Shown: positions 1-12,670 of the stretch, piece by piece
How positions within the stretch are numbered: the first letter of the stretch is position 1
How the letters are laid out: every line of letters begins with the position of its first letter
Origin: Marsupella aquatica
Taxonomy: Eukaryota > Plantae > Marchantiophyta
DNA: 64,000 bases
Assembly: GCA_973895155.1 (NCBI GenBank)
Contig: OZ316893.1
Span: 6,534,963-6,598,962 of the forward strand
Reading direction: 5' to 3'
Notes under the pieces: generated by a model
What the model was told of the DNA's origin: nothing
What the model saw: only the letters and a program-made list of their open reading frames with translations
The model's database searches: none
Translations under genes and position numbers: made by a program

Positions 1-20
1 TGCCACAGAATACGTTAGGT

Positions 21-3000
21 GTGGGTAGAACTCCAAAGTTGCCGCTCTTCCATCCAGCTAGAGTACAACATCGTGATGATGCTTTGTGGGTTCGAGAACA
101 GAAGGCCTGCCACAAGAGTGGGGACCATAAGATGTACTACCCTTGTGTGAACTGCAAAGGGAATTATAGGACTAATCGGAATACTGCTAGACTGCACCTT
201 ATTAAACATGGTCGGTACCCTGCATGTCGAGTGTGGGTGGGAGAGGGACAGGACTCTTTTGATGAAGAGTGGGGTGCTGACTACATGTCACAACATGGCC
301 CTGAGGCATTGAGGGTAGCAAACCTTCAGCAGGCAACCTGTGCACAACAGCCAACTGTAGATGTTGAAGAACATTTATTTGTAGATGTTCCAGAGTATCC
401 AACTGTGGATGTTCCAGAGTATCCAACTGTGGATGTTCAAGAACATCCAACTATAGATGTCGAAGAACATATCAGGGCTCTACTGGAAGAAACGTTGTTG
501 AGAACCAGTGAAGAATCCCCTGAGCATGAGCTAGATGATCAGGACCGTTTTGACTTGGATTTTGTACTTGGGGATGATGAGAGTAAAGGAGGTGCCCATC
601 CTGTAAACCCCCTTCAAACCTCCAAAACTCCTGTGGAGACTGATCCTGCACAGTTATCTTTAGATGCAGCAATGCAACCTTTGTTCCCAGGCAGCAAAAT
701 AGATGTTGTGTCATTCATGTTGCTTCTGCTGAACATCTGTCATGGCCATGGATTCTCAAACAAAGGAGTGAATGCATTGTTGTCTTTGATGGGGGAGCAT
801 GGTATGCCTGCAGAGCATAATCTGCCCAAGAACTTATATGCTGCAAAGCAGCTATTGAGAAAGCTTGGCTTGGATTATGAGAGAATCCCTGTCTGTGAGA
901 AAGGTTGCATGCTCTTTAGGGGTGAAAATGCCAAGTTAGAAAACTGTTCAGTGTGTCAGCAGCCCAAGATGAAGAGAGTGGGGAATTCATTACAGGCAAG
1001 GAAGGTGGTGCGGTATTTCCCTATAATTCCCAGGTTGAAGAGATTGTATGCCACTGCTGGTACATCTAAACTCATGACTTGGCATCATGAGAATAGAAGC
1101 ACAGACAACATGGTTCGGCACGCAGCAGATTCCAAGGCTTGGAAGCATGTGGATACAAATATTGATAAAAAATTTGCAGCTGAACCAAGGAATGTGCGAT
1201 TTGGGTTGGCACTTGATGGGGTGAATCCCTTTGGGAATAATTCCACAGCTTGGTCTACCTGGCCAATCTTGTTGTTGAATTACAATTTACCTCCTTGGCT
1301 TACCACCAAGAAGTTCTTTGTCATGCTAGCTATGCTGATTCCAGGACCTGATTCAGTAACAGAGGAACAACTGGACATAATATTGGGCCCATTCTATGAG
1401 GAGCTGGAGCTGTTGTGGACGAAAGGAGTGCCCTGCTTTGACAAATTGCCACGCCCAGGATTGTCTCAACACTTCAACCTAAGGGCTGTGCTATTGTGGA
1501 CAATCAATGATTACCCTGCATATGGTTTAATATCTGGACAACAACACGCTGGATACAAAGGATGTGTCATCTGTGGGCCAAAATGTGTGGCACGTGGTTC
1601 TAAGCACTTGCAGAAATTAGAGTACAGTGGCCACCGTCGATGGTTAGCAGCAAGGCATCTTTTTCGTAGACCAGACAGTGCACAATACTTTGATGGTGCA
1701 ATTGAGAGCCGACCTGCACCGTGTAGAATGTCAAGCTCTGATAGAAAGAAGTGGGGAGACGAGACAACAGAATATTTGAAGAAGGGAGGGACCAAGGTTG
1801 AGGATGAGAGCTGCCCCATAAAGGTGCATGGAGTGAAGAGGGCTACTGGTCTGTACAAGTTACCCTATTGGAACGTAAGACTCCATACTACTACAATGAA
1901 TTTCTGCAATCTCTTCATATGACTTTGAAATGTGTTTACTTCTTGTAGCCCAGATTTTGTAATTGTTGTATTCAGTGCCCTAATTTCTGAATTGTGTGTC
2001 CACTGCAGGAACTACTCATTAACCATTGTCTAGATCCCATGCACTGTGAGAAGAATCTTGCACACAACATTGTGCACACTATCATTGGGACCAAGGACAC
2101 TCCTTCTGTGCGAGAAGACCTGAAGCTCTTACAGGTGCGCCAACACCTATGGCTTGTACCCAATCCAGCTCCCAAGCGTAAGGATGACAAATTGTTGATG
2201 CCCCCAGCCCCATATTGCCTGAGCAAGAAGGAAAGAACAAGGTTCTTGGAGGTGTTATTGACCTTGAAAGGGCCCACTGGTTTTTCAAGTTCTTTGGCAA
2301 AGTGTGTTACAAAATCCAAGAAACTCTCTGGGTTGAAATCACATGATTTCCACCAACTCATGCAACAGATTCTCCCTCTGGCAACAATGGGATTACTTGA
2401 TGAAGGGGTTCGCTTGGCCATAGCTGGGATGAGCAATATCTATCACCAGATCTGTACGAAGGTGTGGGACCCTTCAATGTATGAGAATATGATGATGGAT
2501 GTTGCATTCACTCTCTGCATTGTGGAGATCCATTTTCCACCAAGCTTCTTTGATGTCATGACCCATTTAATGATTCACCTAGTGGAGGAATTAGACTTGT
2601 GTGGCCCAGTTACAGGCAGATGGATGTACCCAATAGAGAGGAACCTGAAGGTTTTGAAGGGTTATGTACGAAACAAGGCACGTCCAGAGGCTTCTATGGC
2701 TGAAGGCTATGTATTAGATGAGTCTTTGGGATTCCTTTCTGAATACATGATTGATGCTAAGGGAGAGGGAAAACGAACCTGGGAGTTGGAGGAGGATGCT
2801 GGCGTTGCAGGCATTGTCTTGGAAGGGGCTGCAAAGGAGATAACTTTGAATTGGTCTGAAATGATGGCCATGCATCATTATATATTGGAGAATGAAAAGA
2901 CAGTGGCTCCATGGTATAGGTATGTAAACCCTGTACCATATGCATCATAATTATGCTGCCCCATTGTGTTTGTATATTCATGGTGGATCGTGCACTAATG

Positions 3001-3891
3001 TCTTGAGTGTTGTTGTTGCCATGTAGGATATATGATGCTACCAATGAGACTGTTACCAAACGAAGAGTGGATTTCCGGAAGGAATGGATGAGGAAGCCTG
3101 CCAATCAAAGAAAACCAGTGGAATTTCCCCTTGACTGCCAAGAACTGCCACCTTTCAGGGAATGGTTTTAAACATTAGTCAATACCCATAATTTTGAGAC
3201 AGAGTCTGAGCGGTCATTACTATCTGCATACTCCACACCACCTAGTTTGAAGGCACGACTGTATAGGGCATGCAGAGCCTATGGGCATCACTGGAGGACT
3301 ATTCCATCCTTGGGGTGTTTGAGTGATTGTGATTCTGGTGCATTCAGCACTTTTGATTCTGGGATGGCTTCGACATTCATTGAGAAGCGGGTGGACAGGT
3401 CTGGCGCAACTAGAGAAGAATCTGTATAGTATGTAGGGGCCTTGACAGATATCTTAGTACTGAATTACGGCAGCTTGAGGAAAGAGGTGATTCTTTTCAA
3501 AGGGAAATGGGCAGATCCATCATGGACTCCTAAATCCTCTGCCAGTATGAGGTATTCTGAGTCTGGTCTTTGGCAGGTGAATTTCCATAGAGAACTGGGT
3601 GTGTCCAAGAAAATGGATTACGTTTTCCCAAAGCAAGTGGAGCAGGTTTTCTTCCACCCCAATGAGAAGGGGATAGCATGGAGAACAATCCTCCACAAAG
3701 AATCCAGGTCCACAAGGGTGTTAGGTGATTACACAGATGTTGATTTCCATGCTACAATGGAAAACAATGCCAAATTACACATTGAATTGGCTAAAGCCTG
3801 TAGGACTAGAGCAAATCCAGGACCAAGTACTGGTCCCAAACGAGGCAGAGATGCAGAGGGATCTGCAAGAAAGGGTAGGCCTAAGCAGTGA
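21..3891 (+). pseudogene. CACTA TnpD-like transposase, 3 visible exons (21-1874, 2009-2919, 3027-3891), with premature stops
   Basis: N-terminal (Y)PCxxC...HLxxHG finger, RNVRFGLALDGVNPF, NYNLPPW, DPMHCEKN, LKSHDFH, FPPSFFDVMTHL, RWMYPIER, YVFPKQVEQVFF. GT-AG introns 1875-2008 and 2920-3026. In-frame stops near 3170 and 3428. Confidence 0.9.
350..465 (+). repeat. 24-bp coding tandem repeat (PTVDVPEY-like, ~4-5 units)
   Basis: CCAACTGTGGATGTTCCAGAGTAT and variants repeated in tandem. Confidence 0.8.
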
Positions 3892-4439
3892 ATAGGTTTT
3901 AGGTGTGTGAAGTCCATAGATGGACTACATGTATGGACTATATATGAAATCAGACTAATGTTTTGCCCATTTGTGCAGTTGGTGAATGCAGCCTGTGAAA
4001 GGAAGATTGCAGGGGTTGTCACATCCTGTGAATGCTTATGAGGAGGCCCGAAAGCGGAACATAGAGCATAATGTCAACATTATGCGTGATCTAGTACTGG
4101 GGCCAGACTGCATGCTGATGTGTGTGTTAAAATGTCTGTTGCAAATTTGATTCAGTAGATATATGGAGTTGTCAGGTTCATGTTCTGTTTTCATATTCCA
4201 GATTGGTCTCATACTAGTATGGAACCTGTACATAAGTACCATTATTACTGTGTTGTAGATTCTGCTTGCATGTATATTTGATTTGCATTGGTGTATGTTG
4301 ATGATTGCTTTGTTCCTTAGAGGCCCAACCACACATGTACAACGACAGAGAGAAAAGCCTGCATTGGTGAAAGGTACTTCAACTGGAACATTGCCAAAGA
4401 GGAGGAGCTCTAGACTATCACAAGTTACCAAGGTGAACA

Positions 4440-7143
4440 TGGCAGAGTCTGGTGATGATGGCTATGCCAGTGCTGGGTATGACACTGAGGATTCTGACAT
4501 TGGAGGGTCAAAACCTGAGAGTGAACAGCAGGTAATGCTTGAACTCATCATCCTAAACCCTAAATCCTTGTCCTTGTTTCAAAGTATTTGTTAATATGCC
4601 TACGTTGTCCATGATGTAGGTACAGAAACAAAATCGTGGTCCTAAGAAGACTGGGCCTGGTGGAGGTGGGCTGGTGAGATGTTGGAAAGACCCAGACACT
4701 GGACTGTTATATGAAAGTGAGTGGATTGTACTGATATACCTTTTCAGTGTGTTTGGAAATTGATATTCTACATTTTCCTCAAATTCACTGAAGTGCTTGG
4801 TGGTGTGTGTTTGTTTAGTGGTTCCATCAGCATCTGAAGGCAGATCAGGTCAATCTGACGTACTACATTCCAGAGGATCTTCAGGTAATACAAATCTGCT
4901 CGTCATGCATATGCAAGTGCATTTGCTCAACTTTTCAATGTACATATTTTCTGAGTGAAAGCATGTGTGTGCATTGCAGGCGGGGCCTCTGAGATGCGCA
5001 GGGAACGAAGGCATGCTAAGAAGATGTTTGATAATGCTGCCAAAGTACGAAGGAATCAGGGAGATTTGCCCAAACACATTAAAGTGAGTATTGTACTTTT
5101 TTTGAATGTAGATTTAGACATAGATCCTCTCTGTTATTGTGTGTATAAAACCTGGACTATGCATAAATTCCAGAGTTATGAATTGACATTGCATGTGAAA
5201 TGCAGATTTATGACAATGATATTGATGATTCCGATCCCAACAAACAGTACTGGTTGGAGGAACTTCGTGGCAATGTACTCAGAATCTTTGATGTATCAAA
5301 GCCAAAATGGACTGATCATCCACGAGTTCATATAACCAGTGTGTGGAAGAACATGGCAGCTGAGTGGGAGTATGTGGGTGGGGAATTTATTGACAACAAA
5401 TTCCAGAGTCATTGTCGTGGCATATTGAAGAGAGAGCGCCATAAAATGCATGTTTACTGGAAGAAAGTTTGCAATGAGGATCCAACCAAACCTGGGCCAT
5501 CTGGTGTTGATCCAAAGAAATGGGCAGCTTTGGTATCTCATTTCACCAGTCCAGCATTGATATCTTTGAGTAAACAGATGACTGATAAAAGAGCACGAGT
5601 GCAAGATACCAGTCACTTTGGTAGAGGAGGGCATGCTGCAGCAGCAAAGAGAATGGTAAACTGTCTATATCATTTTCACTATCAATTCTGTCTTGTTTGT
5701 GAATCTTGATGAAAACAGACTCTGAGTTTCTCATTCATTGTGTGTTTGAACAGAAGCAGAAGAGAGGATCAAGCCCAGGTATATCTGACCTGAAAGAAAA
5801 CCTTGGTAGTCAGGGCTCATTGCCAAAGGTGACAATGAGCCCATCATTGGCAAGTGCAGAAGGTCAGACTGGTAGTTTTTTGGGAGCAAAGGTGAGCCCG
5901 TCATTGGCAAGTGGGGAGGGTAAAAGCGCTAGCTTACTGGGGCAAGGATACAGACATGGATCAGCTGTGAGTATTGCCATTCCAATCTGATTTGTACACA
6001 TTTTCCATTTGATAGAGTGTTGTGTCGTTTGTTAGTTTGACAATGAGAATGTTGTGTTGGTTTGTGGTTCATTTACAGACCCCACATTCAAAAGAAGAGA
6101 TCACTGCCATTGGGGCTGTCAAATTGGATGTCGATGAGTTGAAAGGCACTGTGAAGGAGTTGACAAACATGATGACTATATGGATGGCACATCACTCCAG
6201 TAATGCACAAGTTCCAACATTTGTTCCTAGTCACAGTAAGTTGACTACAGCTACCAAAGAAGGTAGTAGAAAACGATCTCTTACTTTTTCAGGTGATAAT
6301 GGAGGTAAAATTCTCTATCATCTATTCACTGTCAATTCAATGTAATTATTGTGGTGTATATATGTCATTGTATGTTTATAATGTTCTTGCATGTTCTAGT
6401 GTGATTATATGTTGCTGGTGTATACATGTTTGTTTATGCATTTCTCTTGTATGTGTTTTATGACAGCATCTTTAGGGGAGCCTCCTGTGTCGCAGGGAAG
6501 ACCAACTGACACAGCTAACAGTACTCTAAAGCAAACTCAATTGGAAGTGAACCTTTTGCCATCTAAGTTGCCCAAAGAAGCCATTTCAGATGCCTTTCAG
6601 TTACCAGAGGATAAGTCGACTCAGTTGACACCAGATGTAACCCCAGAATCATCTGAGTTGCCAAAAGAAACTCCTGTTCCAAGTGAGCATGATGACACTC
6701 CATCAACTAGAAAGGGAAAGAAGAAAAGGAAGAAAGGATCTTCAGCAAATGCATCACCTGCACAGAAGAAACCAATGCAGTCTCCTAACCCCATTGCAAA
6801 GGTAAATGTGTGTTTGATTTGAGTGTTCTTCTATCTTTCAATTTCTGTTTATTGCATTTTTAACAAAATGTGTTGTTCACAGTTTGCAAGAGGAGATTTG
6901 GTGAAGATGAAGAGCGTTGTGGACAATTCCATGATAGTGGCAGAAGGTGAGGTGACAGGGCTGCCAGGAGAAGATAAGTTTCATTGTGCAGATTTTGAAA
7001 GCCCTTTCTTGTGAGTGCGTGTGATTGAAGTGTTTGTAGATGTGGCATTGCCATTTGCCAATGCAGGGGAGAAACAGTCTAAATTATCTGATGTGAAAGG
7101 GATGAATGCCCTATGGAACTCTAGATTGCTTAAGAAGCAATAG
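4440..7143 (+). pseudogene. CACTA TnpA-like multi-exon gene
   Basis: Exon 5200-5655 has a Transposase_24-like segment (WAALVSHF...SHFGRGG). The last exon has a TNP1-type C-terminal domain (VAEGEV...FH...VALPF...LW) with an in-frame TGA at 7012. Homologous to 35165-38350. Confidence 0.7.
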
Positions 7144-8203
7144 AAATAGCACTCTGTCAAGAAACACTAGACATGATAGAATCAGCTCTGTTTTTCTATA
7201 AAACATGCAGAGTGATTGGTATGTCAAGTTGTAACAATTGACAATCTAATATTATTGATGCCAATGTAATTTTGTTTCATAAATTTGCATTGAGTTCAAT
7301 AGTTACTGTGAGACTTATGAAGGTATCTTGTATGAATGTCAATTGGATTTGTGATATATATGGAATGTTTCTTTAAGTTTTCATTCAGCAAATCCATTGA
7401 ATGGCTTTGTAATGTATGATTTTTGAATGACATGAAGTTTTATTTATCATGATCACTTAAATTTGAATTTCTCCAAATCATTGAATATTTCACCTAAATG
7501 ACTGGCTAGAATGACTGATGTAATGGTCATTATCCACTACTATCTTTGTGACCAATATGACTCAACTCTGGTCATTAAAGACAGACTAAATGATTCAAAG
7601 AATGACATATACAATGACCGCTCTCATGGTCATTATAAACAAGTCCACTATGACTCATTTTATGTCATTCAAGACATGTCATTAATGACTAATGTGTATC
7701 TTTATGTGTCTCCTCCTAATTGAACCACGTGTCTTAATATGACTTGTTTATATCGTAGTCATTTTGGACACGTCCAAAATGACCCAAATATATTGCCAAA
7801 TGGTGAATCCTCTTTGAACCATGTGTCACTATTTGATTTGTTATATAATGTACGTCATTTTGGACAAGTCCAAAATGACCAATGTTATTTGCTTTTTGAT
7901 GGCCACGTGTGATTGTGTGATTGGGTACGGGGACCGTCGACGGTCAACGGCAATTGACCGTCGATGGTGATTTGTGTCGTCATTTTGGACCGTTCAGCAT
8001 TTATGACCATATCATAAAAACCGTCATTTAGGATAGTATGAAATGACCACATGTTTTTAGCGTCATTTGTCCAAAAGGACCGTTACCAAAATGTCCATTG
8101 TGACACGTCTGGAAAGACAAGAATGATTGCGTCATTGTTTTGTTAAAAAGACCTGATTAATAGTCATTGTTTCCGTCATAAAATACATTGTTTTCTACTA
8201 GTG

Positions 8204-8470
8204 CCAGTAACCACGTCTAAAAAGATATTAAATGCCGGTTACTGGTGGCCCACCTTGCACAAAGATGTCTATCAATTTATCAAACAATGCGATCCTTGTC
8301 AACGAGCGGGAGGACCAAGGGCGTCCACAAGACATCCTCTGCACCCTATTCTACCTCTGGCACCATTTGAGAAGTGGGGTATTGATTTCATGGGACCTCT
8401 AAAACCATTGACCCATCCTCGGAGAAACAAGTACATAATCCTGGCCACGGATTATGCAACTAAGTGGGTG
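8204..8470 (+). pseudogene. Ty3/Gypsy integrase, 5' fragment (Zn-binding region and first catalytic Asp)
   Basis: AGYWWPTLHKDVYQFIKQCDPCQR, PFEKWGIDFMGPL, YIILATDYATKWV. Joins in frame to 46216 (EARPTT...) once the insert and one TSD copy are removed. Confidence 0.92.
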
Positions 8471-9223
8471 GGGGGATCTCTCCGTGACAGCAAATAGCAA
8501 ACAGCAAACAATAAACAACAAAACTCATACCAGCAAATGTGCACCCAAAAAAAGACACCGAAGGATAAGAAAATATTGTCACATATATTGGACCTGAAGC
8601 GGCCATTGAGTACATTTATACTAGCGCCGAGCTCTATAAGGAAAACATCTGAATAAAAACCTCTTTGAACTACCGGCTACAGTAATAGTGCCGGACGCTA
8701 CTCTAATACGACACGTAATTGCGTTCTTATTTAGTGTCGTCGTTTTCCATGAACGGGTAAATAAAACAAGGAAAACTAAAGACCAGATCCACAACCACCA
8801 CTCGACTCTGAGACCGATTCAGAACCGCTACTTTCTGATCTATCAGTGGACTCTGCTTCGTCGTCCACATACTTGGATTTTGCAATATCATCTACGAAGT
8901 GATTCTGCACAAACTTTCTATCTGAGCCTCTCCTGAGTCTAAGACCCTTACTCTCCCAAGTAAGCGTCCTGACTGAATTTGCCCGTCGTGTCACCTTTTC
9001 AGCATAAGAGGGGAGAACAAATGGCTTCTCCAGGGTCTGTACAACGTTCCTAGAGACGTTCCTTTGAAGTTGAAAATGCCTCCAAAGATTTCACTCTGAC
9101 CTGAGAATTTGAACTGGAGTTCTTTAGTCGAAGTCAGGAAATTGGGCAAATTTTCTAGACAAAAGGGAGTATAGGAGTTCTTTGGAAAAAAGTATACAAT
9201 GAGAGAAAGAAAGCTAAAGAAAA

Positions 9224-12200
9224 TTACTCTTCTGACTCTTCACTGTCCTCATCTCCAGATCCAAGGTCCACCACATTCTTCGACACCTCATCATCTTTAG
9301 ATTGCTGAGAAGCATTGCCACCCTCATCCTCGTCTTCTGAATCAAAATTTAGAACAGCATGGAGCCTGTTCTGCTTCTTACTTCCAGGAATCTTCTTAGG
9401 AGGAGTTGGTGCAACCACTTCTTTGTTCTATAAAAGATCGAGGAAGACCTTACCGGAAGTATCAACAAACTCTGGCCGATTTTCCAGCTCAACAACAAAG
9501 CGACCAGAATAATCTCCAGTCACAAACGCACTACCGGAACCTACTGTCCAGTCCATAACGATATCTCCAGGAAGAGTCACCAATTCCAAAATAGTTTGCA
9601 TGAAACCCACAGGCAAGCGTGAATTTCCTGCAAATTGGAGCTCAGGAGTCGGGTCATGTCGCGGCAACAAAACCCCAATAATGTTAGTGACGGAAGGGTC
9701 TTCTACATTCGATAGTGGCCGGAACTTGGGGTCTTTTGGGACCCTTCCCTTTGTCAAAATGCGGCAAAATATATTAAGAGTAAGTGTGAATATCTGCAAC
9801 ACAGTTTCCCAATGAAGGCAGTATAAGAAAATAGACACATATATTAGCGCTTGGCGCTAGTCAACCCTTCATCCTTACGAAAGATAAGTGAATTGTAGAT
9901 ATAGTGAATGCTGATAGTAGTGCCGGGTGCTAGTATGTGCAAGAGGAATTGTTACCTAAGTATCAGATCGGGGCCTATACATTGGTGTAGTCATGACCAC
10001 ATTGTGGGTTGAAATACACTGGAAACACTTTGAATCCTGGCAAGCCGCAATCACTTCAGATACCTGATCATAGTCTCCTCTGTGTAAAATTGCAAGTAGG
10101 CCATCGTCTGCCAGGAACGGTTCCATGGCTTAGAAGAAAGAGTTGGGAATAGTGTAATCCTGAAGGTTCCACTTGGGAACCTTCCGATCAAGAAGTATTG
10201 GTTTTAATCCAGTGGGAATGTAGATGAAACCAGCATCCACACCAAAGTCCCTCTCTTTTCCGCCACGCATTACTCCCTTCTCTCTGTCTCATGACTTTAC
10301 CAATTCCTTTCCCCAGGCCTCAACTTTAGTAACCCACATGGGCTTCATCCCCTTGTTAAATACCGAATCATAAAATTCATTTAAATTGGACTCCACAAAA
10401 CAGTGTCTAGAACACCTTCGGTTAAAATTCCCGACATCTCTCTGGAGTCCACATGAAATAACGTCTCGAGTAGATGATGCTCCTCTGTCTTCACCGGTGC
10501 CTCTCTTTTTCTTTTTCTTCGTGCTAGTTGCGTCAATAGGGACAATGGATTTTCCAGCACCATCCGGGGTCCCTTGATCCGGGATTTCTTGAGCTCCAGT
10601 GTTTGCCTCCGATGCCTAAGGAGTTGCATCATTCTTCCCTTTGGCAGCCGGGACCTTTGTGTCGGACTTTCGACCTCCTGTTAGGCACAAAAACTTGCAT
10701 GAGTCCAACCTTTTAGACTAGCGCCAGGAGCTATTAATCAAATGAATTTCCAAATGAAACTCCTGCATGAGCAGCGCCAACAAGTAACCAAAAAGCACTT
10801 AGACTACTCACTTTTCTTGAAGGACCTTGTGGAGTCACTTGGTGCAGCTGACTCATTCTTCGCCTTTGCTCTTGGCTTACGGCTTTGGTCAACGTGCATG
10901 ACAAGAGACTCACAATTCTTCTGTAACTCAGATGCAGATTCGTCAACATCAGACTGGAGACCTTGCTTCATTGAAGACACGTAGTTGGCGGGGATCTAGG
11001 ACTTCTGCAACTTCATGAAGGCATCCTTCTCAGCTTCGTCGAACGGTAAATCCCATTTGTCTGTGTCGAGGTACCACAGACAGTGAAGTCTCTCCCACTC
11101 CGACAATGAACGTGGTGGAAACTTTCCCTTCGCTGGGTACATCGAATACAGGTCGGCAAGAGCGTCTCCCTCTTCGATAGACACCCATTTCTGAAATGCA
11201 GCCGGGTATGCCCACAATGTGTCAGGAGATCTAAGCTCCATCCACATGTAAAACCGGTATAGATATCGTTTGGCTCTCTTCCGGTTCCGCTCTGTGTAAT
11301 CTTCCTTATCTGCATATTTGGAAGGCCACAAGTTGTTGAAGAATTTTGCCTTGACAAAATCCCCAAAGTTTCTGAATTCATCGAGAATGATCTTAAGCAT
11401 GGCCTCCATTGACTCACACCCAGACTTTGTGAGACGGTCAGCTGGCATCCGGTCAGAAATCTGTTTGAAGGAAGTGTGAAGCATTCCAGTTGCAATTCCC
11501 TCCACAGAATTCCAAGTATGCCATGTATGGCACCACTGCTTCACAGGCTCGTCGTTGACACTTGCAGGATGGAAAAACTATTTCCGAATCTCGGGAGTGC
11601 AGTGGGCTACTAGAAGGGTGCACCTCAGCACTGGTTCCCAGATAATCTCCAAAATCTGGATGAAGTAAAGGGGTGATCTTCGTCACTTTGATCGACCAAT
11701 CTTTGGTCGCCTCCTTCATCATTGCCTCATGCCTCTTTGTGGTCTCCTCTTCTGACCAAGGAGCCCCTTGAGCTTTGGCTAAAGCCATATCAGACTTAAA
11801 TTGATTTGAGTAAGACTTGATTTTGTCCACACACAGAATGTAGATGAGAGCATCCTGTGGCATTTTATGTGTAAACCGAGACTCCTTTCTCATCTTCTTT
11901 CGGATCGCCTCAAACTTTGCCATGTTTGCGCTGTCGATGAGTGGCTTATAGTGATCCAAGAAGGCTCGACAACTGCTTGTCCAAGCCTGGATGCAATGAA
12001 AAGGAATTAGTAGCGTCGGGCGCTAGCAAAAACTGGGGAATGAACACTTTCGTTGTTTGGTCCAAAATGAATGACAGGGGTAACAACAGTTAACGAATAG
12101 AACTTACTGGTTCACGGTGTGCATTGCCGCCTCGAGCTCAACTAGCGAACCTCTGTCACCATTGAAAATGATGCAAATCACACGAGGATGATACTTCAAG

Positions 12201-12670
12201 TTGTCCGGATTCTCCCTGGTGACGATTGACCAGGAGTACAATCGATGATTTCCGTCAAACACACAAAACATTTTATCTTTTAGAATATGGAACGTTGGGT
12301 CTGCATCACACTCTTCCTCAAACTTGTCGTTCTCTACGACCCAGATTGGATCCCAAGAGTCCCGGATCTCGCTGGTGCATATCTGAGGAACCCCATCGGC
12401 ATTCGCAGGCTGAACGTAGAAAGGCATCCCAATGCGCGAGTTGTACCCGGTGACCCAAAATGATTCTTTCAACTTCTTGATCGATGCACTTTCTTTCTGT
12501 AAAGTTCGAACAACCTCCATGGGGAGCAATCTACAAAGAGGAATTTGAGGTGGCTCCTTATCGAATCCTCAAAAATCCTTCCCGAACGACAATGCGTGCT
12601 TTGATATTACCTCGTCCATTGATAAGCCTATGTCACTGACTTCACCCATGGAGACCTCCTTAGGGTCCAT
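9224..12670 (-). pseudogene. Spliced gene: ParB/Srx-like N-terminal domain, central region and beta-class N4/N6 DNA methyltransferase-like C-terminal domain
   Basis: VFDGNHRL at ~12240-12262. VDAGFIYIPTG in the DPPY motif-IV position (10209-10240). PFLADDGLLAIL resembles motif VI (~10090-10120). PVGFMQTILELVTLPGDIVMDWTVGSGS...GRFVVELE resembles motifs X/I/II (9490-9615). GT-AG introns near 12107-11989, ~10810-10680 and ~9955-9750. Several stops and a frameshift near 11500. Confidence 0.75.

Larger units (their letters stand above)
1..8203 (+). mobile_element. CACTA/EnSpm transposon (CACTA-1); 5' end lies outside the window
   Basis: 3' terminus TTTTCTACTAGTG ends at 8203, preceded by dense AATGAC/GTCATT subterminal motifs (~7500-8180). 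Contains TnpD-like and TnpA-like genes. Gypsy integrase codons resume immediately after the terminus. Confidence 0.9.

Noticed and set aside
9224-12670. Bacterial/phage contamination or a restriction-modification locus
   Set aside because: The gene has GT-AG introns, lies within TIR/TSD boundaries inside a plant Gypsy integrase, and has no nuclease partner.
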